A DNA stretch of 64,000 nt from Octopus vulgaris (Eukaryota). The notes beneath the pieces are model-generated. The model was not told the DNA's origin. It was given only the letters and a program-made list of their open reading frames with translations, and did no database searches. Shown in pieces: positions 63,536 to 64,000 of this stretch. The stretch's first letter is position 1. The number at the start of each line of letters is the position of its first letter. A program made the position numbers and the translations under genes. The stretch is from the NCBI GenBank assembly GCA_951406725.2, contig OX597831.1, positions 61,566,001-61,630,000 on the forward strand. Reading direction: 5' to 3'.

Positions 63536-64000
63536 TTGTTTTCAATGGATGAAATTTTTATGTTCATCATTCTTGTTTTATGGCACCCAGGCCTCTAAAG
63601 CATTAAATATGAGAGTTAAAAAATGAAAAATAAACGTTTGGCTTCATTCTCAGGAAACTCTTGGGGTTCACATTATTTTATTTTGTACTTTCATTTCCTG
63701 GGAATGATGAGTTTCAGGGAACTGAGAAATCCTATTATACAAACACACATGCATTCAGACAGTGTGCATATATTCAACTTACAGCACCAGCGAATGATCA
63801 TACACACATACACATTGAAAGGTCACACAGAAAAATCAAATGAAACACATATTTCTAAAGCAGTTATGAAGATAGACATGCATACTTATATATATGAAAT
63901 ACACGGGATGATAGTGTTTAAAACACAAACAAAAATCGGAGGCTACACCCAAAAGAAGATTATTCAGCTGATTAGCAAAAATTCAATCACCAATACATAA

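Noticed and set aside
63623-64000. 125-aa ORF at window end
   Set aside because: No recognisable domain; composition matches AT-rich non-coding DNA

Overview
AT-rich, repeat-saturated animal genomic DNA. The SINE families and dense (TA)n/(CA)n/(ACAT)n/(GAT)n microsatellites point to an octopus or other coleoid cephalopod (inference from recalled repeat families, no search run). I found no intact host protein-coding gene; almost all ORFs in the track are microsatellite read-throughs or decayed transposon fragments. The window holds ~30 tRNA-derived SINE copies, RTE/CR1/Penelope retroelement remnants, several mariner/Tc1 fossils and MITEs, a hAT transposase fossil, a Merlin-like MITE and a 5S rRNA-derived fragment. 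Most interesting: (1) minimal type-I hammerhead ribozyme motifs on Penelope-like termini, one apparently intact (11983-12017) plus decayed or collapsed relatives whose stem II sequences differ but still pair, including one in a tRNA-headed SINE; (2) a TSD-flanked, poly(A)-tailed ORF1-only (HAL1-like) retroelement; (3) a foldback-like element built from a 94-bp unit rich in AGGTCA nuclear-receptor half-sites; (4) two local inverted templated insertions at retroposon junctions; (5) a PHD finger inside an RTE reverse transcriptase. Coordinates were counted by eye and may be off by a few bases.
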